From Nostoc sp. (GTDB taxonomy: Bacteria > Cyanobacteriota > Cyanobacteriia > Cyanobacteriales > Nostocaceae): 64,000 nt of DNA. Each line of letters starts with the position of its first letter. Within the stretch, counting starts at the first letter, position 1. The notes below the pieces were generated by a model that saw only the letters and a list, made by a program, of their open reading frames with translations, ran no database searches and was not told where the DNA came from. Positions 32,643-42,970 of the stretch are shown here, one piece after another. A program made the translations under genes and the position numbers. The stretch is taken from assembly GCA_036918135.1 (NCBI GenBank), contig JBALDB010000056.1, positions 256,001 through 320,000 of the forward strand, given 5' to 3'.

Positions 32643-33056
32643 ATGTTAGTCCAAGAACAGCCAAAACTTATTGGTCATGTTGCTAAGTCTAGCGGTGTAC
32701 CAATTAAAACTATTCGCTACTATGAGGAGCTAGGCTTACTCAAGTCATTAGGGAGAACCGAGGGTGGATTTAGATTATTCAACTCTGATGTTTTGGCTCG
32801 CTTGAACTTTATCAAACGTGCCCAAAGTCTAGGATTGACCTTATCAGAAATTAAGAATTTTTTGGATGTTCACGACGGAGGTGAATTACCTTGCGTACAT
32901 ATAAAAGCTAAACTGCAAGATAAAATTGCAGCTATTGACGAACAAATTCAGCAATTACTCATTCTCAGGCAAGAATTATCAGGACTAGTTTCTGGTTGGG
33001 AAACAATACCTGAAAATCCTGAACAAACAATTTGTCCTATTATTGAAAGAAATTAA
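32643..33056 (+). CDS. MerR-family heavy-metal-responsive regulator
   Basis: IG.VA..SGV..KTIRYYEE.GLL HTH; C-terminal CPII. Confidence 0.92.
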   Translation: MLVQEQPKLIGHVAKSSGVPIKTIRYYEELGLLKSLGRTEGGFRLFNSDVLARLNFIKRAQSLGLTLSEIKNFLDVHDGGELPCVHIKAKLQDKIAAIDEQIQQLLILRQELSGLVSGWETIPENPEQTICPIIERN

Positions 33057-33280
33057 ACAATCAAGCTGTTCATTTGATTTGTTATCAGCATCTCAACTTA
33101 GCTTAATGCATTGGTATGCTGATTTTTCTATTTATCACTTATCACTTCGTCGCAATACAGTCGTCACCCCACCCCACATTTGCTTACGCAAACACTCTCC
33201 TCCCCGGTTGCGGGGAGGGGTCGAAATTGCCAAGAAAAAATATTTTACTTTCTCATTTAGAACTACTATAGAGCGGATTA

Positions 33281-33775
33281 CTATATCATTTCAAACTCTA
33301 ATTGATGACTCTTGAGAAAATCATGAGTGAAATGATCTACCACATTCGTATCAGTTAGTTCTAAATTATAAAAATCCACAGTTTCATGTTCAAAGTATGG
33401 CCCTGCGTGCCAAGTTCCCTGATGTAATTTAATAAAACAATTTCCAGGAATACGGAAAGCAGCAATTTCCTCTAACGCTGGTTGATTAACATCATTATTC
33501 GGCGGACAAACTGCAATTAACCAATCTTTTCCTTGCAAAGAACCCAAGCATTGAGTACATTGGACGTGGCGAGTAATTTTATGAAACTTTCGCCCTCTTT
33601 TATCTAACTGCATAATATAAAATCGCGGAATTCCATTTTGCAAGTTTAACTTGGCATCTTCGGCATCATCAGCTTTGCTTTCTTGACTAGCAAAAATTAC
33701 CTGTCCATAAGGCCGAAAATTTTCTGCTGTCACCCATTGCGCCTGCAATTGTTGTAGTGTTCGCGATGTATTCAT
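33281..33775 (-). CDS. Ureidoglycolate lyase/hydrolase family protein
   Basis: F.PYGQVI, ITRH..CTQ.L, GTWHAGP. Confidence 0.8.
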   Translation of the reverse strand: MNTSRTLQQLQAQWVTAENFRPYGQVIFASQESKADDAEDAKLNLQNGIPRFYIMQLDKRGRKFHKITRHVQCTQCLGSLQGKDWLIAVCPPNNDVNQPALEEIAAFRIPGNCFIKLHQGTWHAGPYFEHETVDFYNLELTDTNVVDHFTHDFLKSHQLEFEMI

Positions 33776-33869
33776 AGCAAATTTTATTGAAATTATTTAG
33801 GCTTATTCTATGAATTCAGAATTCAGAAGTGTCTTTAGCTAGGCTCCTGAATTCCTACCTAAAACAACC

Positions 33870-34889
33870 TTAGCTAGCTAGATAACTACGTACTTGTTCC
33901 TTTTGACGCCTCAGAAGGCTTAGAGCTTTTTGCTCTATTTGACGCACCCGTTCTCGACTAATACCCATGCGATCGCCAATTTGTGCTAAGGAAAGTTCAT
34001 GTCCATCTGTCAGACCAAAACGCAAGGTTAATATTTCTCGTTGCTGGGGAGACAGCTTTGACAATAAGTTTTGTAAATCTTGGTGCAGCGATTCTTCAGC
34101 AGCGTAGTCTTCGGGAGAAAGTCCGTCATCTTGCAATATGTCTTGCAATTCTGTATCCTGTTGTTCGCCAACTCGCGCTTCTAGGGAGAAAGGTTGACGA
34201 GCTAAATACAAACACTCGCGAATCTGGCTGGTTGTTAAAGACAACGCTTCGGCAATTTCAGCAGTAGTGGGAACGCGACCCAACTGTTGAGATAATTCTC
34301 GCTGTACCCGTTTAATTTTATTCAGCTTTTCAAAAATGTGAATTGGTAACCTGATTGTACGTCCTTGCTGAGCGATCGCTCTTGTGATTCCCTGACGAAT
34401 CCACCAGTAAGCATAGGTAGAAAACTTATAACCAAGAGCAGGATCGAATTTATCTACCCCTCGTTCTAAACCCAAAGTACCCTCTTGAATTAAATCCATA
34501 AATTCCAAGTTGCGATGCTGGTATTTTTTCGCCACTGCTACCACTAACCGAAGATTAGCTTGAATCATTTTCTGCTTGGCTTGCTGTCCTTGCCTTAGCT
34601 GTTGCTTTAGCACCTCAACACTTAAATCCATCTGCTCTGCCCATTCTTGCAGCGTGGGTTCGTGCTTTAGTTTCACAGCTAATTCTTCTTTGACAGCTAA
34701 TAAATTCATCATCTGCTGCACTTGTTGGGCAAAAATAACCTCTTGCTCGCGAGTCAACAAATCTACACGCCCGATCTCTTGCAGATAAATACGCACAATA
34801 TCATCTGTAGTTCGAGCTTTTTTATCTGCAACGCCACTTTTTTTGTTCGTGTTTTGAACTTCGGTTTGTGGAGATGTTAAGCTGCTCAT
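33870..34889 (-). CDS. Group 2 sigma-70 factor (SigB-like paralogue)
   Basis: YLQEIGR, ANLRLVV, GYKFSTYAYWWIRQ, SRERVRQIE. Confidence 0.92.
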   Translation of the reverse strand: MSSLTSPQTEVQNTNKKSGVADKKARTTDDIVRIYLQEIGRVDLLTREQEVIFAQQVQQMMNLLAVKEELAVKLKHEPTLQEWAEQMDLSVEVLKQQLRQGQQAKQKMIQANLRLVVAVAKKYQHRNLEFMDLIQEGTLGLERGVDKFDPALGYKFSTYAYWWIRQGITRAIAQQGRTIRLPIHIFEKLNKIKRVQRELSQQLGRVPTTAEIAEALSLTTSQIRECLYLARQPFSLEARVGEQQDTELQDILQDDGLSPEDYAAEESLHQDLQNLLSKLSPQQREILTLRFGLTDGHELSLAQIGDRMGISRERVRQIEQKALSLLRRQKEQVRSYLAS

Positions 34890-34911
34890 GGTTATTCACT
34901 CCTATGTAACC

Positions 34912-35193
34912 TTATGAATTTATTAGTATCAAGCCAAGATGTTGAGACTCATAATGCACGTAGATATCTGCGTTAGAGCTGGTATTATGAATGTAATTAC
35001 TGCTGGTGACATTTTCTGCACTAAAAGTAGTAACAGTGGTCACATTAACACCAAGGATAATAGTTGGCAAGACAGCAACACCTACGATCGCTACTAAATA
35101 GCCTAATTTAAGCCAAAAAATTTTCGCTTGCAGGCGCTTAGTAGAGTACTGTCGAGTAGAACTAATACATTTGACAAAACACTCACTACACAT
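34912..35193 (-). CDS. Hypothetical small membrane protein
   Basis: 93-aa ORF with one TM, directly upstream of the sigma gene. Confidence 0.4.
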   Translation of the reverse strand: MCSECFVKCISSTRQYSTKRLQAKIFWLKLGYLVAIVGVAVLPTIILGVNVTTVTTFSAENVTSSNYIHNTSSNADIYVHYESQHLGLILINS

Positions 35194-35626
35194 ATAAAAA
35201 TCTTATTTGGGGATTAACAAATAAAAATATCCAGTTGCTTACACATAACAGTTAATAGCCATCACTGATATTGTTTGCTTTCTCATTTATGGTTGCTATT
35301 TATATGTATAATAAGGCACAGTCATTAATCTAAATTTCAGATAAAACACTAGAGAAAATCTCGTTTTTCGATTGTAGCAACGAAATACTTTTCATTGTAC
35401 TGCTATCTCTTAGACCAGAGTTGTAGCCTCCAATCTGAAGGAATAAGACCAATAATAAATAGTTCTTGAAATTTACCCTGATAACTCATAACTATGTTTC
35501 AAGTAGGAATTTTAACCCCACCTGAAACGATGCTGTCATTATTAAGCACTGAGTAGAAACCTTCTTAAATTAGGAATATGAATCAAAAATTATGAACTAC
35601 ATTGATTATTTCAGAAACTTCCTGGC

Positions 35627-36022
35627 TCAAAACTGAGTAACTGTTAGTTTAATGCCAGAATCAAGTTTAGGAACCCTGAGATATTCAATTGGCTCGTAAC
35701 TTTGACGAGTTTGGGCATTGGCTTGTTTGGGACATGCCTTGAAGAAAGACTCTGGGTTATTGATGATTTCACGCGGTTTTATTTTTGGACATTGTTGGTC
35801 TTGGACTGCTGAAATTGATTGATGAGGAATTGGTTTAATATTGTTAGTCCGTCCAGTAAAATTTCTCCATTTAGTATTAATCGTAGCAGGTTCAGTCAAT
35901 AACACTTTCGCTTGATTGCGATCGCTTGTTGGATTTGGAATATTCTCTTGGTTACCAAAAGCGCTTTGAGGTAGAGCAAGTGCGCTAATTACAATGACTA
36001 AGGGGATGGAAAAGGATTTCAT
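35627..36022 (-). CDS. Hypothetical secreted protein
   Basis: Signal peptide ending AFG; C-terminal EPIEYLRVPKLDSGIKLTVTQF. Confidence 0.65.
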   Translation of the reverse strand: MKSFSIPLVIVISALALPQSAFGNQENIPNPTSDRNQAKVLLTEPATINTKWRNFTGRTNNIKPIPHQSISAVQDQQCPKIKPREIINNPESFFKACPKQANAQTRQSYEPIEYLRVPKLDSGIKLTVTQF

Positions 36023-36536
36023 GATTAAATTTGTCCTGCTTATCAGTTTAATAACTACAATTGCCTAAATACAGATACCGAAAAAAAGGAGTCTGATTTT
36101 AATACTTCTTAAAGCATATACAAACAATTAAGTATTCGTCATGCACTGCATGGATGAAAATGGGCATGGAACATGAGGCTTGGGGCATAGTCCGTAGGAA
36201 AACAGAGAGGGGCAGGGAGGCAGGGAGCAGGAGGTAGGGGGAAAGAGGATTTCCTGCTTTTTGCACAAATGCGGGAATTATGACTAATTAGGCAAACATG
36301 ATATAAAAACATATTTTGTGATTGCCAGGGTCGGGGAAATGGAGCGTATGACTTTATGGAAGCAAGCTACCCAATACGTCTAGTAGAGAAGTAATCACAA
36401 CATTCTGCTTCTCTACTAGACGCCACCGCGTAGCTTGCTTCTCCGTTCGCGTAGCGTCTCGTAGAGAGGGAGTACGCTCGATTGCCAATGACTATCTATC
36501 ATCTTGGGATATTTGCTTGCATTGGGATGCTCTATT

Positions 36537-36670
36537 GAGTATTTGAGCTTCATTAATGAGCCTTTGAGCTTCATTAATGAGCCTTTGAGCTTCATTAATG
36601 AGCCTTTGAGCTTCATTAATGAGCCTTTGAGCTTCATTAATGAATATCGGAACCTCATTAATGAGTCTTT
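36537..36670. repeat. 21-bp tandem array GAGCCTTTGAGCTTCATTAAT (4 perfect and 2 degenerate units)
   Basis: Units start at 36537, 36558, 36579, 36600, 36621 and 36642. Confidence 0.95.
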
Positions 36671-36672
36671 TA

Positions 36673-36770
36673 TAGCCGTAGTCACACCCTTTAGGACATA
36701 ATCACAAGCATGAATCTCAGCTAATAGTAAAGTTTTTACCTCCTGCCTTCTGTTTCCTGCCTCCTAGCTA
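36673..36770. mobile_element. MITE-like dispersed repeat, copy 2
   Basis: Aligns to 22157-22289 but lacks that copy's internal insert of about 30 bp. Confidence 0.65.
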
Positions 36771-37146
36771 CATCAGTGTTGCTGCTAAACACCGTATCTA
36801 CTTCAATAGAATATTGTGCACAATAATTTTTACAACCCAATCAGAACTGAGCCATCTACACAATAGAATCATTATTCGTTGCAGACTTAGGGTTTGGTTA
36901 TGGCTGGCGGTTGGAAACTGCGCCTATATAAGCAAACTTTGCCTGCACGGACTAACAATATCTAATTAAGCCGCATGGTGGGTTTTATTTTTGTAGCTGC
37001 GATTTCTAGTCGTCAGGGTAAAATTTCCTCAATTGCTATCGAGTAGCATTTTGGTTAAGAAGATTGCCAGACAATCTTTATTCACCAAGTTTCGTTAGGA
37101 TATTGTAATCTGGGCAATAGCCACTCTTTTACTGATGTAACGCCTA

Positions 37147-37219
37147 GCGTAGGTATAGCCCGCACTTCTCTGCCAGACGCTGCGCGAACGACAAGCTCAG
37201 TGACCATCGTAGACATCGC
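37147..37219 (+). repeat. Triple-nested small dispersed repeats inside a HIP1 site
   Basis: GCG-taggtatagccc[gcacttc[tctgccagacgctgcgcgaac]gacaagctcagtgacc]atcgtagac-ATCGC. Confidence 0.7.
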
Positions 37220-37231
37220 TTTTTCACATCC

Positions 37232-39556
37232 ATGACAACAACCATTGACTTTCTCAGTCACCTTAACCCCAGCCAACGTCAAGCTGTCGAACATTACTGC
37301 GGGCCATTGCTAGTTGTTGCTGGCGCGGGTTCGGGTAAAACACGAGCGCTGACTTATCGGATTGCAAATCTGATCCTCAAACAGCGTGTAGATCCGGAAA
37401 ATATCCTGGCGGTTACTTTTACTAACAAAGCCGCACGGGAAATGAAAGACCGGATTCAACGGCTGTTCGCCGAACAAGAAGCAATGAAACAATACGGTCA
37501 GCGGTTGGATTTGTTGACAGAATACCAACAAATGCAATTGCGATCGCAAGTTTATAAAAATACTATTAAAGATTTGTGGTGCGGTACTTTCCACAGTCTA
37601 TTTTCCCGGATTCTTCGCTTTGATATTGAAAAATATCAAGATGATAAAGGACGCCGCTGGAATCGCAATTTTTCTATCTTCGATGAATCAGATGTTCAAA
37701 GTATCATCAAAGAAATTGTTAACAAGCAATTAAATCTAGACGATAAAAAATTTGATGCTCGCTCTGTCCGTTACGCTATTAGTAACGCGAAAAACCAAGG
37801 CTTATCACCTCAAGAATTTGAACGAGAACAACCCAATTATCGCGGACGGGTAATTGCCGAAGTTTATAATATATATCAAGATAAGTTAGCAGAAAATAAT
37901 GCTCTCGATTTTGACGATTTAATTCTCGTACCTACGAGATTATTTCAACAAAACGAACAAGTTTTAGGTTACTGGCACCGCAAGTTTCGCCATATCCTTG
38001 TAGATGAATATCAAGATACTAACCGCACTCAATATCAACTGATTCATTTATTGGTAACTAATGGCGAAACCAAAAAGAGCGAGTGGGAATGGCAAAATCG
38101 CTCAGTTTTTGTTGTCGGCGATGCAGACCAATCTATTTACAGTTTCCGGATGGCAGATTTCACAATCTTGCTAGAATTTCAGAATGATTTTGGTGATGGT
38201 TTGGCAGATGACGATACCCGGACAATGGTCAAGTTAGAAGAAAACTATCGCTCTTGTGAAAATATTTTGCAAGCGGCTAATGAATTAATTGAAAATAACA
38301 CCCAAAGAATTGATAAAATTCTCAAGCCGACGCGGGGGCCGGGCGAGCAGATTTTTTGTTATAAAGCTGACGAAGAACTAGCAGAAGCTTCATTTGTAAT
38401 TAATCAAATTCGCACTTTAGAACAGCAAAATCCAGAGTTGAACTGGGGTAGTTTTGCTGTACTTTATCGCACAAATGCTCAATCTCGTCCTTTTGAAGAA
38501 TTGTTAGTCAGGAATCGAATTCCTTACACAGTTGTGGGAGGAATGAAATTTTATGACCGCAAAGAAATCAAAGATGTGATTGCTTATTTAAGAGCGATCG
38601 CCAACCCAGCTGATACAGTAAGTTTATTGCGAGTTATTAATACTCCCCGGCGGGGAATTGGCAAAAGCACGATTGATGCTTTGGTGAACGCCTCCCAACA
38701 ATTAGGAACGACTTTGTGGGAAATACTCAGCGACGAAACATCAGTTAATACACTAGCTGGACGGGCAACAAAAGCTGTAAATAACTTTGCCCAAATGATT
38801 AGCCGTTGGCAAGGACAAATTGGCACGCTTCCGGTGACTGAGGTTTTGCAAGGAATATTAGAAGATTCTGGTTACGTTCAAGACTTGATGAATCAAGGCA
38901 CAGATGAAGCTACAGATAGAGTACAAAACGTCCAGGAACTTTACAACGCCGCACTGCAATTTCAAGAAGAAAATGAAGATGTTTCCCTGACAGCATTTCT
39001 GCAAAGTGCCGCCCTCAGTTCGGATTTGGATAACTTAAAAGAAGGACAAACAGCGGTTTCTTTGATGACTTTACACGCCTCCAAAGGACTAGAATTTCCT
39101 GTAGTATTTTTAGTGGGATTAGAACAGGGACTATTTCCCGGCTATCGTTCGCTAAGCGATCCTGCGTCTTTAGAAGAAGAACGCCGCTTGTGTTACGTAG
39201 GAATTACTCGCGCCCAAGAAAGATTGTATCTATCACACGCCCGCGAACGTCGCTTGTATGGTTCTCGCGAACCCGCTATCCGATCGCAATTTCTCGACGA
39301 ATTACCAGAAGAATTATTAGCTAGCCAACGAGTGAGTCATCAAACTTATACCAAAAGTGCCTATAATTCAGGTGGGAAGCCAGATACAACCCACAATTGG
39401 CAAGTAGGCGATCGGGTATTACATAAAACTTTTGGCCCTGGTGAAATCACACACGTTTTCGGAACGGGTAGTAAAATGTCTGTGGCTATTAAATTTCCCA
39501 GTTTGGGGCCAAAAATTGTTGACCCAAGGATAGCACAATTACAAAGAGTAGAATAA
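37232..39556 (+). CDS. pcrA: ATP-dependent DNA helicase PcrA/UvrD
   Basis: AGAGSGKT, LVDEYQDTN, GDADQSIY, LEENYRS, HASKGLEF, EERRLCYVGITRA. Confidence 0.96.
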   Translation: MTTTIDFLSHLNPSQRQAVEHYCGPLLVVAGAGSGKTRALTYRIANLILKQRVDPENILAVTFTNKAAREMKDRIQRLFAEQEAMKQYGQRLDLLTEYQQMQLRSQVYKNTIKDLWCGTFHSLFSRILRFDIEKYQDDKGRRWNRNFSIFDESDVQSIIKEIVNKQLNLDDKKFDARSVRYAISNAKNQGLSPQEFEREQPNYRGRVIAEVYNIYQDKLAENNALDFDDLILVPTRLFQQNEQVLGYWHRKFRHILVDEYQDTNRTQYQLIHLLVTNGETKKSEWEWQNRSVFVVGDADQSIYSFRMADFTILLEFQNDFGDGLADDDTRTMVKLEENYRSCENILQAANELIENNTQRIDKILKPTRGPGEQIFCYKADEELAEASFVINQIRTLEQQNPELNWGSFAVLYRTNAQSRPFEELLVRNRIPYTVVGGMKFYDRKEIKDVIAYLRAIANPADTVSLLRVINTPRRGIGKSTIDALVNASQQLGTTLWEILSDETSVNTLAGRATKAVNNFAQMISRWQGQIGTLPVTEVLQGILEDSGYVQDLMNQGTDEATDRVQNVQELYNAALQFQEENEDVSLTAFLQSAALSSDLDNLKEGQTAVSLMTLHASKGLEFPVVFLVGLEQGLFPGYRSLSDPASLEEERRLCYVGITRAQERLYLSHARERRLYGSREPAIRSQFLDELPEELLASQRVSHQTYTKSAYNSGGKPDTTHNWQVGDRVLHKTFGPGEITHVFGTGSKMSVAIKFPSLGPKIVDPRIAQLQRVE

Positions 39557-39610
39557 AATTCACAGCTTTGCGACTTATTAAACAAGTTGCAGAGCTTGTT
39601 TTATACTTTT

Positions 39611-39904
39611 TTATATTTCAACTTTTTGGAAATGTTCAACTGTGGGAAATGGCTCATAAAAATGATGCAGAAGTTTCTTCCACTCTTGATATTCAGGAGA
39701 ACCTCGAAATCCCACAGTATGAGATTCTAAACTTTCCCATTTCACAAGTAATAAATATTTTCCTTGTACTTCTATGCATCTGTGTAATTCATGGGATAAA
39801 TATCCATTGATTGAGGAAATAAATTTAGAAGCCTTTTTGAAATCAGCTTCAAAATCGGATTCTAAACCGGGTTTGACCTGAAGCATCACAACCTCAAGAA
39901 TCAT
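39611..39904 (-). CDS. Antibiotic biosynthesis monooxygenase (ABM) family protein
   Basis: MILEV..L.VKPG...FE, YLLLV.W.SLE.H..GFR.S..Y; start moved to ATG 39904. Confidence 0.85.
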   Translation of the reverse strand: MILEVVMLQVKPGLESDFEADFKKASKFISSINGYLSHELHRCIEVQGKYLLLVKWESLESHTVGFRGSPEYQEWKKLLHHFYEPFPTVEHFQKVEI

Positions 39905-39990
39905 ATACTCTTTGGCGAGAATTAAATTGATGTTATTTACTATAATTTGAATGTAATGTCTACAACTGGCTACGCCTATATTCTCATCAA

Positions 39991-40641
39991 TCAAAAATAA
40001 TTATTGAATAAATAGCTAATTGCCGCACAAAACGGAGTATATTGCCCATTTTTATCAGGTTTTTCATAACCTTGAGCAAGTAGCTGTATTTCTGCTTCAG
40101 TTAAACCATCAATAGCAAGCAATGCAGCATCAATTGCTAGTTTACGCATATTTTGCAGCTTGCCGATATTGAGTGCAAGCTTCTCAATCGTTGTTTGAGC
40201 AGCAGCTTTTTTAGCTAGCTCATCTGTTGGTTGAATTTCGCCAGAAGCAGGGTATTGAAAAAAATCAGCACAGGTTATTTTTAAGGGTGAAACCATCAAA
40301 TTTTCATCGTACCAATACTTTTTCTTATGTCCACAATGCACGGGAACAGGAGGAGGTTCTTCACTTTCTCCTTGGCACGAGGCGATGAGATTTTTATATT
40401 CTAGAGATAGACTTGGATATGCACTACGAGGCTTTAGATGTTCTATATGGCTAGTATCTCTAGTGATACGCATTCCACAATAGCAACAGATATATCCTTG
40501 TTCTTTAACTAAAGCATCATGTACAATAGGTTTTTCTGGTGCTTGAAAATTATCATCCCAGCTAGGTTTCCAATCATCATTTTCTAGAGCTTTCCAAGCA
40601 GTAAACTTTTCTGGTTCTTGATTTTTTTTGATGTACTTCAT
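39991..40641 (-). CDS. ptuB: HNH endonuclease, PtuB / retron-associated TIGR02646-like
   Basis: EQGYICCYCG, HIEHLKP, NLIASC, HCGHKK; overlaps the ATPase stop (ATGA). Confidence 0.8.
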   Translation of the reverse strand: MKYIKKNQEPEKFTAWKALENDDWKPSWDDNFQAPEKPIVHDALVKEQGYICCYCGMRITRDTSHIEHLKPRSAYPSLSLEYKNLIASCQGESEEPPPVPVHCGHKKKYWYDENLMVSPLKITCADFFQYPASGEIQPTDELAKKAAAQTTIEKLALNIGKLQNMRKLAIDAALLAIDGLTEAEIQLLAQGYEKPDKNGQYTPFCAAISYLFNNYF

Positions 40642-42044
40642 CGGTTGAGAATTTCCTTGCGCCGAATGAGTACATCCGCTTTGACAAACTCCGGTTCATC
40701 TGCTCCAATTTCATTGGCTAACTGTTGACGTAATTGCCTAGCACCTTCCAGATTTCCCGCATCAATTAGTCGAAAAAGCTCTAAAAGACTTTCCTTAATT
40801 TCCCGTGGACGTTCTGGAACACCCATAAGGTCTTCTAATATGCGATTGCTATCTCTTCCAAAGGAACTTTCTGGTTTTTTAGCAATCACACCTTCGTCAG
40901 TTTTTTCTAAAATATAAATTCCTTCTGGTTTGACTTGGCTAATTACTTGAGGCGAATGGGTAGTGACAATAAATTGGCAATTTGGGAATGTTCTGGTCAA
41001 AGCTGGAATAATTTCACGTTGCCATTTTGGGTGTAAGTGTAGTTCAATTTCATCAATTAAAACAACACCCTCACCTTCGAGCGGTTCTGTTAAACCTGGG
41101 TTGGCGATCGCCAATCGTCTTGCTAAATCACCTACCATTGCTAGTAAGCATTTCTCCCCATCAGATAGCTGATTTATTATCAGTTCCTCACCTTGTTTTC
41201 GCACAGTCATTCGCAGGGGAGAACGCTGAACTCGCAAGTTTGAAAATTCTGGTATTAATGAAGAGATAGATTGTCTTACTGCTTCTAATTGTTTGTCTCG
41301 ATAATCAGGGTTATCTCTTCGCCTCTCATTCTCTAAATCTTCTCTATTTCTAAACCATTCAAAAAATGTTTTGAAGTCTATTCTTCCTCCTGTGAGTGCC
41401 TGCTCATAAGCATCTACTTGTTTAAAAGAAGATACCTCTGAAATTTCTAGAGGCATATCAATAACAGCACGATTAACAGGGTAATAAACTGCTAAAGGAA
41501 CATTAGTATCAGGAATAGCTGCTAACTGATTGTTTAAGTTTTCAATAGCTGTTTTCAGATCTCCTTTTAATTCACTACGTATTATAGTTGCTAACTCTGT
41601 ACGCCTATTCTCATTTCGTATTAGAAGAGTCTCAAAATCTTTAGAATTTTTGAACTTATTTTTGAGATTTATTATTTCTTTTTCTAACTCAAAATTATCT
41701 TTAATAGTATCTTGGAGATAAATATATTTACCATCATTAGTTTTTGCCCCTTTATCTTCAGCCATTAACCAAGTTAATTCTTGTAGTTCTATAAGTACAG
41801 TAATTTCATTATGTGTTCTATCACGTCCATTTGTAACATCTTGTGTAATAAAGAAACGTAAAGATTCGAGGGAGTCTTGAATCTGTCCAGTAAGCTGTGT
41901 TAGAAGAATAGCAAGACAGTCAAGAATACTCGATTTTCCCACACCATTGATACCAATAATTATAGTTGGTTCAGCCTCATGGAAATCAAGTGTCAAATCA
42001 CCGATTCCACGGAAAGATTGCATTTTCAAGCGCTTGACTTTCAT
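40638..42044 (-). CDS. ptuA: ABC/AAA ATPase, PtuA-like (Septu defence)
   Basis: GINGVGKS, QLSDGE, LIDEIELHLHP.WQ, TTHSP. Confidence 0.8.
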   Translation of the reverse strand: MKVKRLKMQSFRGIGDLTLDFHEAEPTIIIGINGVGKSSILDCLAILLTQLTGQIQDSLESLRFFITQDVTNGRDRTHNEITVLIELQELTWLMAEDKGAKTNDGKYIYLQDTIKDNFELEKEIINLKNKFKNSKDFETLLIRNENRRTELATIIRSELKGDLKTAIENLNNQLAAIPDTNVPLAVYYPVNRAVIDMPLEISEVSSFKQVDAYEQALTGGRIDFKTFFEWFRNREDLENERRRDNPDYRDKQLEAVRQSISSLIPEFSNLRVQRSPLRMTVRKQGEELIINQLSDGEKCLLAMVGDLARRLAIANPGLTEPLEGEGVVLIDEIELHLHPKWQREIIPALTRTFPNCQFIVTTHSPQVISQVKPEGIYILEKTDEGVIAKKPESSFGRDSNRILEDLMGVPERPREIKESLLELFRLIDAGNLEGARQLRQQLANEIGADEPEFVKADVLIRRKEILNR

Positions 42045-42049
42045 AATAA

Positions 42050-42970
42050 TTACGCTGATTTTAATTGAATAATACCTTTATCAAAAACGCGATAATCGGT
42101 AGCGATCGCATTTACTTCAATTCTGTCTGGATATACTTCATACGCCGCAAAACTTAAATCACTAGTGGAGTACTCTGTCCACTGAGAACGCCCTACAAGA
42201 CGATTACCTGCACCTGCACCACAAATTAAGTAAGTTGTACCATCAATAGCACGAGTGCGTTCATAATTATGTTCGTGACCATTGATATAAAGTTGAACGC
42301 CATATTTTTGAAACAGCGGGGTAAATGTTTTAATAAAATCTGGATTACTCCCATACTGACCAGATGAATAAATTGGATGATGCCCATATACCACTTTCCA
42401 GGCAGCGTTACTGCGACTTAATTCTTTTTCTAACCAAGTTAGCTGGTTTTGCCAATCAGCATTACTATTAGTATCTAAAGCAAAAAATTGTACAGTTCCA
42501 CGGCGAAATGTATAATATCGTCTGCCATTCATATTGAAACCGACATACTTCAGTTGTGGTTCGCCATTTTCAGTACGAATATCGTGATTACCTAAACAAG
42601 CTTGAAATTTTACACCTTGCTTGAGCAAAGCTTGGTAGGGGCGTTCAAAAACTGCACTAATTTTTTCAATTTCGCCATTGTTATAAATGTTATCTCCAGC
42701 TAAAACAACTAAATCATAAGGATTTTGTTTGTGATAAAAATTCATTGCCCCAGCCACAGCATACTGTCCTTTAGCGCCGGTTCCTGTATCTGCAACAGAT
42801 ACAAAACGTAATAACAAGTCTTTTTTCGATGGGTTGGCGGCTATAACTGTTGTTGAATCGCTAACATCAGCACTTTGAGAATTTTGATGATTTAACATCC
42901 AGCCCAAAAATCCCGTACCGATAGCGCCCAGGCTACTTAAAAATAAAAATTGACGGCGTTTCAAGTTCAT
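42050..42970 (-). CDS. Tat-exported metallophosphoesterase
   Basis: KRRQFL signal; ADTG, GDNIY, GNHD, GHEH. Confidence 0.9.
   Translation of the reverse strand: MNLKRRQFLFLSSLGAIGTGFLGWMLNHQNSQSADVSDSTTVIAANPSKKDLLLRFVSVADTGTGAKGQYAVAGAMNFYHKQNPYDLVVLAGDNIYNNGEIEKISAVFERPYQALLKQGVKFQACLGNHDIRTENGEPQLKYVGFNMNGRRYYTFRRGTVQFFALDTNSNADWQNQLTWLEKELSRSNAAWKVVYGHHPIYSSGQYGSNPDFIKTFTPLFQKYGVQLYINGHEHNYERTRAIDGTTYLICGAGAGNRLVGRSQWTEYSTSDLSFAAYEVYPDRIEVNAIATDYRVFDKGIIQLKSA

Noticed and set aside
36416..36701. ORFs with LMKLKGS / EPLSFIN repeats
   Set aside because: By-products of the 21-bp array and neighbouring repeats
39991..42044. A retron system
   Set aside because: No reverse transcriptase gene, and only 5 bp upstream of the ATPase, leaving no room for msr-msd
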